Source: a virus
Taxonomy: Duplodnaviria > Caudoviricetes
IMG/VR virus record: IMGVR_UViG_3300025154_000088
Span: 1,352-65,351 of that record
Reading direction: 5' to 3' (one strand)
Length of the DNA stretch: 64,000 bases
Shown here: piece by piece, positions 28,695 through 37,978 of the stretch
How positions within the stretch are numbered: the first letter of the stretch is position 1
Layout of the letters: each line of letters begins with the position of its first letter
Made by a program: the position numbers and the translations under genes
The notes under the pieces: model-generated
What the model was told of the DNA's origin: nothing
Seen by the model: only the letters and a program-made list of their open reading frames with translations
Database searches by the model: none

Positions 28695-29924
28695 TCACCC
28701 GGCGACTTCCGCCAGGATTTTTTCAGGGGTTTCGGATTCCAGAAGCTGGGCCTTTTCCAGGACCCCAGGGGGGACTTCCTCACCCCTGAGTCGCGCCATT
28801 TCTACGATCTTGTCTGAGAGGGTCGTGCAGTGGATGATTTTCTCACTCCGGACGGTCTCCCTGGGGACCCGGGTGATTTTGATCTCCACCGACTCGGCGC
28901 CGGCGTCCATGTAGGCTTTTTTCAGCGCCTCTCGGTCGATCTCGCCGGCCTGGTCCTGCCACGCCTTGAGCTCAAGCCGGACGATTGCGCCGGCGGCCTG
29001 GTCGGGGCTGGGGAGCGCAATGGGGAGGTTGGCCAGGTCTTCCTGAAGGTCGGTCTTTACCTGGAAGAATCTGCGAGTCGGGGTCTCGATGAGCTTTGAG
29101 TCGGTGAGGCGCGGCCGCGCATCGTCCTCTCCGCAGTTCATGGTGCAATCCAGGGTATGGAGGTAGAAGCCATGCGGGTGATTCTCCCCGTGGTCCTTGG
29201 CGTAGATCGAAGAGGAGTAGAAACAGCCCGGGAAGACCTCCTGGGGGAAATGGATATGGCCGTAGGCGATCAAATCCGCCTGCGCGAGCTCAAGCTGTCC
29301 CCGGGTGATTTCGATGTCGTTTCCCGTGAGAACCTGCTTTTCCGATTTTTTGGAGCCTACAATTTGGCCATGGCCACATAAAATGTGTACCGCGGTCGGG
29401 AATTCCGCAGCCCCTGCACCGAATCCCGCAAAAATCCCCGCCATGGCCTGCCCGACCTGCTGGTCTCCCTGGGAGATGGTTCCGTTGCCTTGCATCCACT
29501 GTTTCGTCGGCTGGGGGACCAGGGAAATGATGGCATCCGGAAAGGTCGGGAAAAAGGTGCTCGTCGCCGGGATGAAGAGCTTTCCAGACTTCAGGCCGAT
29601 CATCATGGGTTTCGATGCGATAACCACCTGGTGCTCCGCCCGGACGTTCGCCAGAATCTCCGGAGCGCTCCCATCGTGCGAGTTTGTACCGATCACCCCG
29701 ACCACCGGCGCGATATCGGCCAGCCTGGAGACGATCCGGAATGCGAGCTTGGCGGAATCGGATTCCATCTTCACCCCCCTGGCGTCGAAGAAGTCTCCGG
29801 CGATTACGATCAAATCCGGGCTCTCGGCCTCGGCCCGGTCGGCCATGAAGTCAAGGCACTTTGAGCCCTCTCGAATATCCGTGTCGCGTAGGTGCCAGTC
29901 GGAAGTTTGCAAAATTCGAAGCAC
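28695..29924 (-). CDS. SbcD/Mre11-like metallophosphoesterase nuclease
   Basis: TSDWH, AGDFFD, GTNSHD, GH, YGHIH. Confidence 0.9.
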   Translation of the reverse strand: MLRILQTSDWHLRDTDIREGSKCLDFMADRAEAESPDLIVIAGDFFDARGVKMESDSAKLAFRIVSRLADIAPVVGVIGTNSHDGSAPEILANVRAEHQVVIASKPMMIGLKSGKLFIPATSTFFPTFPDAIISLVPQPTKQWMQGNGTISQGDQQVGQAMAGIFAGFGAGAAEFPTAVHILCGHGQIVGSKKSEKQVLTGNDIEITRGQLELAQADLIAYGHIHFPQEVFPGCFYSSSIYAKDHGENHPHGFYLHTLDCTMNCGEDDARPRLTDSKLIETPTRRFFQVKTDLQEDLANLPIALPSPDQAAGAIVRLELKAWQDQAGEIDREALKKAYMDAGAESVEIKITRVPRETVRSEKIIHCTTLSDKIVEMARLRGEEVPPGVLEKAQLLESETPEKILAEVAG

Positions 29925-30131
29925 GAGCGTTCTCCTTTCAATTCCGCAGAGCCCGGCGCCATGCGGTCTCGGTCATCTTGTGGATGTGGTCAGCGTATGG
30001 CTTTCGGATTTCGGGCCGGACCGTCTTCAAAGCCAATTCCGCGTATTTCTCGGCAACGGCGATCTGGGAACGGGTACGGCAACTCCTGATTGCATTCATG
30101 GCACGGATAAGGGGTCTCATATCCACCTCCA

Positions 30132-31208
30132 TCAAAAAGGAATGTCGTTGTCTTCCATGTCTATAAGTCGGCGGAAAAGGTTATCTTTGTTCCCCTGGGA
30201 CAGATCCTTCAGGGCGATCACGGGCTTATTCAGGGACGTAAAACACCCGTCATAGTCATACCCCTTCTGCCGGATCAGCTTTTCCAGTGTCTGTACTTGT
30301 TCGTCGGTGGACTGGCTGTTGAAGTCGGCGGCCTGGGATTCGATTTTGTCGGGGGCTTCGGTCGGCTGACCCTGGGGTTCGTCGCCGTTACCGTGGGGGG
30401 CGTCCGGGTCCATGACCTGATAATCACTCTTGGGGATGTCGATTGGTTGACAGGCCGGGGCCTGGGTGGCCACCGTCGGGCCGAAGACTCCGGTTGTAGA
30501 CTGGATGAATGCCGCCAGCATTGCGGTTTTTACGGTAGGGTCAGTGTAGTCCGGTTGGAAGACGATCCGCGCCAGCACGAAAGGCTTTTGCACTTCAGCG
30601 ACCGTGTATTCGTTCTTGAGGCCAAGGAGAGCCCGGATCACCCGGTTTCTGGCTCCGGTTTCGGCCAATTTCAGCCGATGCTTCCTTTTTTGAGGTAGGT
30701 CTCGAGTAACGCAGTACTTCACGTAATCGTCAACCGGCTGCTTCTTCGCCCAATCCTTTCCGCCTTTGACGGCTTTCGCGTGGCGGGAGCGGGCCTGCTC
30801 GACCATCTCATCCTCAAGGACTCTGATATCGAGGTCATATTCCGCCTTCATCCAGACCACCGTTCCATCAGGTTTCCGGATGCCGCCGACTGCCTGCCAT
30901 GAGACATAATCATCGTCTGACCGGTCGTCGGTACGTTTGGAGTAATCGAGGTTCCACATGACGCAGGCGGCCATGGAAAGCTTCTCGATTCCTTTCCCGG
31001 AGAGACGGACCTTGCCCCCTCCGTCGTCGCTGTTGCTGGCCGGGTAAACGTCTCCCTGCTCTTTTAGGGGGGAGAGTCGGACCACCTCCACAACGGGCTT
31101 GTGGAATTCGCTCAATCCCTCCATGGAGACGGCCGGGGTGAGAATGTTCCATTGCTCCTTCTTTGCAAGGTCCATTGCCTTGCTGTATGTCGCTGGTAGA
31201 TTTTCCAT
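30132..31208 (-). CDS. Hypothetical protein, possible single-strand annealing/recombination protein
   Basis: 358 aa with an acidic SSB-like C-terminal tail (DNDIPF); upstream of SbcD. Confidence 0.5.
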   Translation of the reverse strand: MENLPATYSKAMDLAKKEQWNILTPAVSMEGLSEFHKPVVEVVRLSPLKEQGDVYPASNSDDGGGKVRLSGKGIEKLSMAACVMWNLDYSKRTDDRSDDDYVSWQAVGGIRKPDGTVVWMKAEYDLDIRVLEDEMVEQARSRHAKAVKGGKDWAKKQPVDDYVKYCVTRDLPQKRKHRLKLAETGARNRVIRALLGLKNEYTVAEVQKPFVLARIVFQPDYTDPTVKTAMLAAFIQSTTGVFGPTVATQAPACQPIDIPKSDYQVMDPDAPHGNGDEPQGQPTEAPDKIESQAADFNSQSTDEQVQTLEKLIRQKGYDYDGCFTSLNKPVIALKDLSQGNKDNLFRRLIDMEDNDIPF

Positions 31209-31262
31209 GATTTTCTTTCTATTGGTTGGCCGGGCGGCCCGGCTGCCGCCCGGGTGTGATTG

Positions 31263-31433
31263 TTAGCCGTGCTGGCCCGGCGGAATGATCGCATCCAGCT
31301 CGCTTTCGGAGTCCACTTCCCCGTGCCGGGCGATCTGGGGTTCCTCGATCTCTCTTTGTGCTTCACGGATTGCCCTGACAAACTCAGCGGCTGCCAGGGC
31401 GAAGACGATCATTCCGAATATCAGGGTTCTCAT
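31263..31433 (-). CDS. Small protein with an N-terminal hydrophobic helix
   Basis: MRTLIFGMIVFALAAAEF...; ATGA coupling. Confidence 0.45.
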   Translation of the reverse strand: MRTLIFGMIVFALAAAEFVRAIREAQREIEEPQIARHGEVDSESELDAIIPPGQHG

Positions 31434-31648
31434 GCGGCCTCTTCGATGGCGAACGGTACGGCGCGGAGTCGGCATCTTTCATATTTGCGCTCAATGGTAC
31501 GGAGCTCGGAAACCATGTCCCGTAGCTCACAGAGGAAATCCCCCTGTTCCACGATATCCATTTCCCCCACGGCCTGGTTGAGTACATGGGATGCATCGTA
31601 AAGGTGACCGAATCCTTCGGTTATATGGTTTGCGGTTTTCGGTTCCAT
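31430..31648 (-). CDS. Hypothetical protein
   Basis: RBS AGGAGG; ends in EEAA as many phage early genes do. Confidence 0.5.
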   Translation of the reverse strand: MEPKTANHITEGFGHLYDASHVLNQAVGEMDIVEQGDFLCELRDMVSELRTIERKYERCRLRAVPFAIEEAA

Positions 31649-31837
31649 GTTCCTCCTTTGGATCGGCTCCCCCGTTAAGTTCCCTGCTTTCCAGGGGAGC
31701 CGTCTTTGCCGGTTACTGCCCGATGCAGGCCGGCGACCATTATCATCTGGACCCTTTACATTGCGACCTGATATGCCCGGTCGCCCAGCGGTTTCCCCTT
31801 GCGGGGTTTGCCCCATCCACGATGGGGGTTAAATCGG

Positions 31838-32110
31838 TTACGTACTCATCCGGTTGAGCCTGCGGGACCGGGCAGCGATCTTGTTCTTGATCTTCCGTCT
31901 TGCGCGGTAAGCAGGTCCCAGCCTGTGTTCCATGGAAAGCTTCGAAAATGTCTGGTTCTTCCTGCCACGCGGCTTGATGTGGGTTGTCTCGGTGCCTTTC
32001 AGGACTCTGCCAGCCATGTACTCCTTGAGCTTTTTGGCGGCATTCTTGAGGCGGTTTCTGTAATCTTCGAACGCTTCTCCTGGCTTTCTCATGTGGTCGC
32101 TCCTTGCCAA
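31838..32110 (-). CDS. Basic hypothetical protein
   Basis: K/R-rich ORF of up to 90 aa. Confidence 0.45.
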   Translation of the reverse strand: MARSDHMRKPGEAFEDYRNRLKNAAKKLKEYMAGRVLKGTETTHIKPRGRKNQTFSKLSMEHRLGPAYRARRKIKNKIAARSRRLNRMST

Positions 32111-32260
32111 TGTGCCTCCTGCGTTTTGGTTCCTTCCGCTTCGGATCTTCCTTGCCTAAATTCCCCCACCACGATCCCGGAGGATCTTCTATCCAATTCC
32201 ATACCGCTGCGGTTGGCTATGCCGGTTGCTGGCGAGTAGGGAAAGACGGTTGTCGGGGAG

Positions 32261-32503
32261 TTATTCGGTTCCTTCGGCCAGCTTGATGGCCCTCCGCGCA
32301 TCGGTTAAGGCGATCCTAAGAGCCTGCCCGAATTCATGCGATGGGACTTCTTCGTCTACGGTTTCGGATAAGTCCTTCAAGTGCTCCAAGAGGCTCAACG
32401 CAACTTCCGCCTTAACGTACAGCCCGCTCATATCCCCAGGCTCAGAGCACTTGTAGCCTGTACAGCTTGGCGAAAGTTGGTATGTGAATCTGATAGTTTT
32501 CAT
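32261..32503 (-). CDS. Hypothetical protein
   Basis: 80-aa ORF in the early left operon. Confidence 0.5.
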   Translation of the reverse strand: MKTIRFTYQLSPSCTGYKCSEPGDMSGLYVKAEVALSLLEHLKDLSETVDEEVPSHEFGQALRIALTDARRAIKLAEGTE

Positions 32504-32672
32504 TCATTCCTCGGTCGGAAGGTCTTTGATCTTTTCCTGCACAGGGAAAAATTCGTTTCTTGGTAAAGGTCTGATCGACATCCGGCATTCATTGTTGATG
32601 CACCAGACGACCTTGCCGTTTGTCGCCACCAGACCAAGCCCGCAGGCCGGGCAGCTATCAGGGAGCCACCAG

Positions 32673-33416
32673 TTACGCATGGATGGGCTCCATCGTTTCA
32701 AGGGAAAGCTGAAGCTGTTCTCGGTGCTCGATCTGGTTCATGGGGACAGGGGTTTTTCCTACCGTCTCAGCGAAGGCAGCAACCTTGTCCCGTGCCAGGA
32801 CGTAGATTTCCTTGTAGGGCATCGACTTTTCCATGCCTTCACGGATTGCGTTTTGGGCGATGAATTCTGAGGTCTGAAGAAAGGAGAGCTGCATCCCGGT
32901 GAGCATGTCCCGGAAGGTTTGGCCGTATCGGTTTTCGATGATGAAAAGAGCCTTATTAGTCGCCTTGGAGATCAGGGTGTAATACCATTCGGCCTTTGTC
33001 GATCCCTGGGCTTCAGCGTAGGCGATAAAATCCTGAACCGTGTCGGTAAGTTCGTGCCGGGCGGCTTTGCCCTGGGAGCGGAGTTCCTGCCAAGACTGGT
33101 TGGCCTGACGGCGAAGGACTTCTTCCATGGAGTTGAAAGCGGAGATGTATTTGATCTTCCATTCAGCGGCCTTTTTCCCTGTGAAACCCATGGCCAGGAA
33201 GGTGAACCCGTCGCGGGTCATTTCTATAACAGGCTGTTCCTTGCCCTGCTGATCGAGGTATGAGGTCTCCGCGAAATTGCGGAGAGCGAAATCTTTTGGA
33301 ATTTCGAGTTCTCTGATTTTCCGGAGAACGGTATCGTGTCGCTTCCCGAATTTTTCGGCAACGAGCAGGCTGGTTGTGGTGGGTCTATTTTTCTTCAGAA
33401 TTACGAGGTCGGTCAT
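32673..33416 (-). CDS. rha: Rha family phage regulatory protein
   Basis: TTSLLVAEKFGKRHDTVLRKI...MTRDGFTFLAMGFTGKKAAEWKIKYISAFNSME. Confidence 0.92.
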   Translation of the reverse strand: MTDLVILKKNRPTTTSLLVAEKFGKRHDTVLRKIRELEIPKDFALRNFAETSYLDQQGKEQPVIEMTRDGFTFLAMGFTGKKAAEWKIKYISAFNSMEEVLRRQANQSWQELRSQGKAARHELTDTVQDFIAYAEAQGSTKAEWYYTLISKATNKALFIIENRYGQTFRDMLTGMQLSFLQTSEFIAQNAIREGMEKSMPYKEIYVLARDKVAAFAETVGKTPVPMNQIEHREQLQLSLETMEPIHA

Positions 33417-33443
33417 GGTTCCCTCCGTTGTGGTGTTGGAGGG

Positions 33444-33492
33444 ATTATACATTAATGGATTGACGTGTCAAGCGGAAAATACATATATGGAT
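33444..33492 (-). promoter_or_regulatory. PL-like promoter with two repressor operators
   Basis: Minus strand TTGACA (33466-33471)-16 nt-TATAAT (33444-33449); operators ATACATTAATGGAT (33447-33460) and ATACATATATGGAT (33479-33492). Confidence 0.85.
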
Positions 33493-33504
33493 AAATAAAG
33501 AGAT

Positions 33505-33527
33505 AAAAAAACCGCCCCGGAGGGCGG
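33505..33527 (-). terminator. Intrinsic terminator of the cI transcript
   Basis: CCGCCC-(4 nt)-GGGCGG hairpin followed by T7 on the minus strand. Confidence 0.8.
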
Positions 33528-33545
33528 CCTTTTCAGTTGAGGGTT

Positions 33546-33863
33546 TTAGAAGGGATCGATTGGTAGGATCATGGCAACTGTGGACAACCCATCGTTGTTG
33601 AAATAGATAGCTAAAATTGAGGTTGTCCCAACATAGAGGTCCATATTGGGGTAGTTGTACTGAGCTGGCCATCCTACATATTGGTCGAGCTCACCACGCC
33701 TATATTTGTACCCGTCATGGATGTATGCTGGCGACATGCCTGTAACATGATGCACGTCCAAAATGTATAGATCCGTGCCGTAAATAGCCTGGGTCTGCAT
33801 CTCCTCCTGGGCGTAGGCTACGGAACAAAAAAGGATCATGGCAAAGGCAATAATTTTTCCCAT
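33546..33863 (-). CDS. Secreted/periplasmic protein co-transcribed with cI
   Basis: Signal peptide MGKIIAFAMILFCSVAYA|QEE; lies between cI and its terminator. Confidence 0.65.
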   Translation of the reverse strand: MGKIIAFAMILFCSVAYAQEEMQTQAIYGTDLYILDVHHVTGMSPAYIHDGYKYRRGELDQYVGWPAQYNYPNMDLYVGTTSILAIYFNNDGLSTVAMILPIDPF

Positions 33864-33906
33864 TTTATTTTCCCCTTTCTGATTTTAGTGATTTCGATCA
33901 CTTTAC

Positions 33907-34302
33907 CTAAAGGCCGTTCTGTTGTAAATGTTTGGATTGAGCCAACTCCAGATCCACCTCCGTTTTTTTTAACTGTTCCAAGAGCCGGGCCTTGTCGGCC
34001 TCAAGCCCCAACACCCTTTCCTCCAAATTGCGGATCTGGTTCAAATAGGACGCCTTGAGTTCTTCATCCAACGTGGCACCTCCTTCTATTAATGGTTGCG
34101 CCTCGATCCCCCTGCAAATTCTATACCCTAATGCGAACATAATTTTAACGAATACAGCGTCTTGCTTCCCTTTAAACACCCTCGATACACTCGGTTGTGT
34201 GACATTAGCAAGTTTTGCAAGTTCTGCCTGTGATAAGCCGCACTTTTGGGCCTCATCCTTAAATATTAACCCAAATGCCTTGATTTGCGATTCATAATCC
34301 AT
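33907..34302 (-). CDS. cI: CI-like repressor (XRE HTH plus C-terminal coiled coil)
   Basis: LSQAELAKLANVTQPSVSRVFKG; divergent from cro; start MDYESQ inferred. Confidence 0.8.
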   Translation of the reverse strand: MDYESQIKAFGLIFKDEAQKCGLSQAELAKLANVTQPSVSRVFKGKQDAVFVKIMFALGYRICRGIEAQPLIEGGATLDEELKASYLNQIRNLEERVLGLEADKARLLEQLKKTEVDLELAQSKHLQQNGL

Positions 34303-34344
34303 ATTTGCATTTCCTGTTGACATAGAAATCCATATATGTATAAT
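34297..34344 (+). promoter_or_regulatory. PR-like promoter with two operators
   Basis: TTGACA (34317-34322)-16 nt-TATAAT (34339-34344); operators ATCCATATTTGCAT (34297-34310) and ATCCATATATGTAT (34328-34341). Confidence 0.85.
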
Positions 34345-34350
34345 TACCTC

Positions 34351-34539
34351 ATGAAACTGAATGCATATTTGGAAAAAGAAAAAATCTCCGCGACTCAATT
34401 TGCGAAGCTCGCAAACATCCCACAACCCACAATCTGGCGCATTCTCAACGGGCAGAATGTTCCAAGCCTGCCTACGGCAATAGAGATCCAGAAGGCCACA
34501 CAGGGCCAGGTGCGGGTTGAAGATCTTTGCGAACAATAA
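34351..34539 (+). CDS. cro: Cro-like HTH repressor
   Basis: MKLNAYLEKEKISATQFAKLANIPQPTIWRILNGQNVPSLPTAIEIQKATQGQVRVEDL. Confidence 0.85.
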   Translation: MKLNAYLEKEKISATQFAKLANIPQPTIWRILNGQNVPSLPTAIEIQKATQGQVRVEDLCEQ

Positions 34540-34595
34540 TTCAGGTTTGAATTATCACCGTCAACAGAAAAGTCAACCTGTATTTCGGAGGCCCC

Positions 34596-34889
34596 ATGTC
34601 TGAGCAAGTCTTCCATTTCAACCGGCCCGGAAAAATTGTGATTAACGACAACAGGGGCCGACCATGTAAACCCCCTCAGCAAAGCAAAGGCCAACCTCAC
34701 ACCGTCAGATTTCTCCCCGAGCTTGAAGACCGGATCGACCGGGCGCGGAGAGCCGAACGAATCGAGTTTACCGCATTCATCGAAAAAACCGCCGAGGTAG
34801 GGACTGTTTACACCTTGGACCAAGTTGAGACCCTCCTTTCAAACCCTGATGTTTTTGGACCTTTGCTCGATGCCTGGCGTAAACGATAA
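34596..34889 (+). CDS. Hypothetical regulator in the cII position
   Basis: RGRP...TVRF motif; directly downstream of cro. Confidence 0.5.
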   Translation: MSEQVFHFNRPGKIVINDNRGRPCKPPQQSKGQPHTVRFLPELEDRIDRARRAERIEFTAFIEKTAEVGTVYTLDQVETLLSNPDVFGPLLDAWRKR

Positions 34890-35002
34890 ATTTTTTTTGC
34901 CTGAATTTGAAGCATACAGCGGTATGCCGCCCGTATGTTTTTCGTATTCTCAAAAATATGAAACGAAAGAAACTCAACAACTTACACTGAAGGAATAACC
35001 CC

Positions 35003-35032
35003 AGGCCGGCCCCCCCAAGGACCGGCCTTTTT
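35003..35032 (+). terminator. tR1-like intrinsic terminator
   Basis: AGGCCGG...CCGGCCT hairpin followed by a T run. Confidence 0.6.
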
Positions 35033-35481
35033 CTTACCCTCAAAATAGGGAAATTCCCTATGTAAAATGGGGGACAGGGTAAAGCACCTATGGAATTTGG
35101 GGGACATATGAGCGACGAAACGATCCTTTGTCTGATCCTTCTTTCGGCCATGGCGGCCTACTATGTCGCCGTGATGATCTGGGTGTGATTATGAAATGTC
35201 CTGAATGTAACCAGGAAGGAAGCCATGCTCCAGGATGCCCCAGGCGGTTTAGGGAGCACCCGGAGGACATTCCGACCGCTGAGAAGCGGAGGGAAAGGGA
35301 GTTTGAGAGGGAGGGGAAAGAGTGACCCCGGAAGAAGCCTCATTCAAGTTGGAAAAGGCTTTTGAGCTTGTCCTATCAGCCTGGGAAGGTTTTCCGAGGG
35401 AAGACCATAAGATTTTATGGACATGGCTCAAGACGGCTGAGGACTACGTTAAGGAAGTCAAAGAGCACTTGGAGGGATCAA

Positions 35482-36228
35482 ATGGCAAAGAAAATTGATG
35501 AAAGCACACTGGCAACTCTCAGCCGCGTTACGGTTGAAAAAAACGCTGTCATTCTAACCTGCGGGCAACTTGACCGGAAGCAGTACCAGGCCGTCAACGA
35601 GATCCTGGAAAACATCGGGGGAAAATGGAACCGGAAAGCCAAGGCCCATCTGTTCGACGGGGATCCCACCGATAAACTCGAGGCCGTCCTGTTGGCCGGA
35701 GAGATCGTACCGCCGAAAAAGTACGGGTTCTTCCCGACACCCCCGGAGATCGCCCAGAAGCTGGTGGATCTGGCCGAAGTGGAGACCCACCATAAAATCC
35801 TTGAGCCTTCCGCCGGAGACGGGGCAATCATCCGATACATTCCGGAATGCGCCGAACTCGATTGCGTCGAAATCCTGCCCGACAACATAACGAAACTCAA
35901 AGCCCTTGGCTTGGATCCTGCCGAGGGTGACTTTCTTTCAGTTGTCGCAATTCCGGCCTACCACAGAATCGTCATGAACCCCCCCTTCGAAAACCAGGCC
36001 GACATAGATCACGTTTCCCATGCCTGCAAGTTCCTTTTGCCGGGTGGCCGCCTCGTTTCCGTCATGTCCGCAGGAGTCATGTTCCGTGAGAACAAAAAGA
36101 CCATCGGCTTTCGGCAGATGGTTGAGCAGTACGGATGGATGGAGCGACTTCCGGAGAAGGCTTTCAAGGATTCCGGGACCAACGTCAACACGATAGTCGT
36201 CGTGATCGACAAGCCGGAGGAAGCATGA
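35482..36228 (+). CDS. N6-adenine-type DNA methyltransferase
   Basis: FFPTP, ILEPSAGDGAI (motif I), VMNPPF (motif IV); RBS GGAGG. Confidence 0.85.
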   Translation: MAKKIDESTLATLSRVTVEKNAVILTCGQLDRKQYQAVNEILENIGGKWNRKAKAHLFDGDPTDKLEAVLLAGEIVPPKKYGFFPTPPEIAQKLVDLAEVETHHKILEPSAGDGAIIRYIPECAELDCVEILPDNITKLKALGLDPAEGDFLSVVAIPAYHRIVMNPPFENQADIDHVSHACKFLLPGGRLVSVMSAGVMFRENKKTIGFRQMVEQYGWMERLPEKAFKDSGTNVNTIVVVIDKPEEA

Positions 36229-36629
36229 ATCCCCACCAGAAGGCAAGCCTTTCCGAAACGGCTCCAAAGAACAACATTCAGGAGGGGAAACCGCAGCCCT
36301 CCCTTCTCCCCCTGGACGTGCTCATAAAATACGTCTGCCCGGCCTATCAGGAGGGACTGATAAAATATGAGCGGGAATCCTGGCGTCTTGGGTTCAATGT
36401 CTCAATTTTGATCGATGCAGCCGAAAGGCACATTTCAAAGTTCTGGCACGAAGGTGAAGACTGGGACGCCGATGCTGAAAAGCTCGGGATCAAGAAGCAC
36501 CACCTGGCCGGAGCTGTCTTTTCCCTACTCTCAATTCTCCATACGCTGGATACAAGGCCGGAGCTCGACGACAGGATGAAGCATAAAACATTCCCCGGCG
36601 GAAACATCCCGCCCATGCCGGGGTCGTGA
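36225..36629 (+). CDS. dATP/dGTP diphosphohydrolase (DUF5664-like)
   Basis: GKPQPSLLP...GLIKYERESWRLG...AAERH...GEDWD...HHLAGA. Confidence 0.7.
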   Translation: MNPHQKASLSETAPKNNIQEGKPQPSLLPLDVLIKYVCPAYQEGLIKYERESWRLGFNVSILIDAAERHISKFWHEGEDWDADAEKLGIKKHHLAGAVFSLLSILHTLDTRPELDDRMKHKTFPGGNIPPMPGS

Positions 36630-36926
36630 GTAACTGCCGGGAGCCTGGTCCGATAACCCGCTGCACCTGCCCGGATAGACCGAAGGAATGCGACGGGTCC
36701 GAAGTTCACCCGTACTTCCCGGAGAGATGTCGGTGGTGGTGGGACGAGACGGATATGTGTACCAGATTGCCGGATCTGCCGGAGGAACAAACAACGGAAC
36801 CTGAATTCAAATGGCCGAGAAAGTGAGGGAAACCATGTTCGCATTCTTCGGAGGTCTTTTCATCGGAGCGGTTCTTGGTGTTGTCGTTTGCGCTCTCCTA
36901 TCAGCTTCCAGGGACGGAGGGACCGA

Positions 36927-37733
36927 ATGAATCCAGAACGCACGGCGGAGATATGGGCCTCGATGTTCCCATGTCCCCATCACTTGGGCACCCGTATCAC
37001 CCCTTTGACCTGCTGGACTAGGCAGAAGGAAGTCGCCCCGACCAATGGCGGGAAGCCGGCCGAGGCCCTGCTCGATCCTGAATGCGAATCCTGCAGCAAG
37101 GGCGCAGAAATCCGAGCTCAGGTTGAATCCGGAGAAATCATCCTGCCGGCGAAGCTCAAGCGAAAGCGCTGGCAGGGAAAGACCCCCTCCATGATGATCA
37201 CCGCTCCCCAGCCGCAAAACCGCACCTACGCCGTAAGGGAGGAAGCCGTGAAAGAAACTGTCATGCCAAAACGGAGACCGGGAAGGCCTCCACAACGAAA
37301 GGAAACCGAAGTGACTGCACAGATCGCCGCACAGGCCACCAGGAAGACCGTAGAACCGAAAACCCAGACAGCCTACGCTCCGTGGGCGCAGAAAATTGAC
37401 CCTTCCTCCACCTCAATGGTCCTCAGCGTGGAGCGGGAAGAAACCATGCGCTGCAAAGACCCATCCTGTAGGAGGGCCGGTCATGAGATCCCCGTCGGGG
37501 AGATGGCGCGAAACATCAAAAACGACAAGCCCACCGGGTACTGTCAGGAGTGCATGGACCGCCGCAGGACCGCAGGCGTGCAGGCCGCTTTCGACCGCCG
37601 GCCAGCTCAAGCAAAGATTGAAGATTTATTCTCCGACTACCCGGAATTATGGGCAAAACTTGCAGCAATCGGGAAGAAATATTACCGGACCCCGGAAATG
37701 CAGTTGGTGGCCATGGTTGCGGAGGCTGAATGA
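36927..37733 (+). CDS. Hypothetical protein with Cys clusters and AT-hook-like RPGRP
   Basis: RBS GGAGG; CPHH/CESC/CQEC motifs. Confidence 0.55.
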   Translation: MNPERTAEIWASMFPCPHHLGTRITPLTCWTRQKEVAPTNGGKPAEALLDPECESCSKGAEIRAQVESGEIILPAKLKRKRWQGKTPSMMITAPQPQNRTYAVREEAVKETVMPKRRPGRPPQRKETEVTAQIAAQATRKTVEPKTQTAYAPWAQKIDPSSTSMVLSVEREETMRCKDPSCRRAGHEIPVGEMARNIKNDKPTGYCQECMDRRRTAGVQAAFDRRPAQAKIEDLFSDYPELWAKLAAIGKKYYRTPEMQLVAMVAEAE

Positions 37734-37978
37734 TGAAATTCGGAGACAAGGTGAAATGGAGCTCACAGGCAAACGGATCTCGGAAGGAAAAAACAGGTAT
37801 TGTTGTGGAGGTTGTGCCTGCTGGTAGGTATCCGAGTGGAGTAGGCCATGCAGATGGGAGGCCAAGGGACCATGAATCATATCTGGTTAAGGTCCCGACA
37901 AAATCCGGCAAGGGAATGGGTAAATTTTATTGGCCACGGGTAAAGGATTTGAAGTTGGTAGAGGAGGCGGAGGGGTGA
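37730..37978 (+). CDS. Hypothetical protein (SH3-like beta fold)
   Basis: FGDKVKWSSQ...GIVVEVVP...SYLV...YWPRV. Confidence 0.6.
   Translation: MMKFGDKVKWSSQANGSRKEKTGIVVEVVPAGRYPSGVGHADGRPRDHESYLVKVPTKSGKGMGKFYWPRVKDLKLVEEAEG

Noticed and set aside
23234-30698. Long plus-strand ORFs opposite the helicase, SbcC and SbcD (e.g. 25694-26581, 29305-30255)
   Set aside because: Shadow ORFs antisense to well-supported genes, with no recognisable motifs.
36225-36629. Z-genome (2-aminoadenine) or 7-deazaguanine DNA modification system
   Set aside because: No purZ, DNA polymerase, dpdA or que/fol genes were seen; the hydrolase alone is insufficient.
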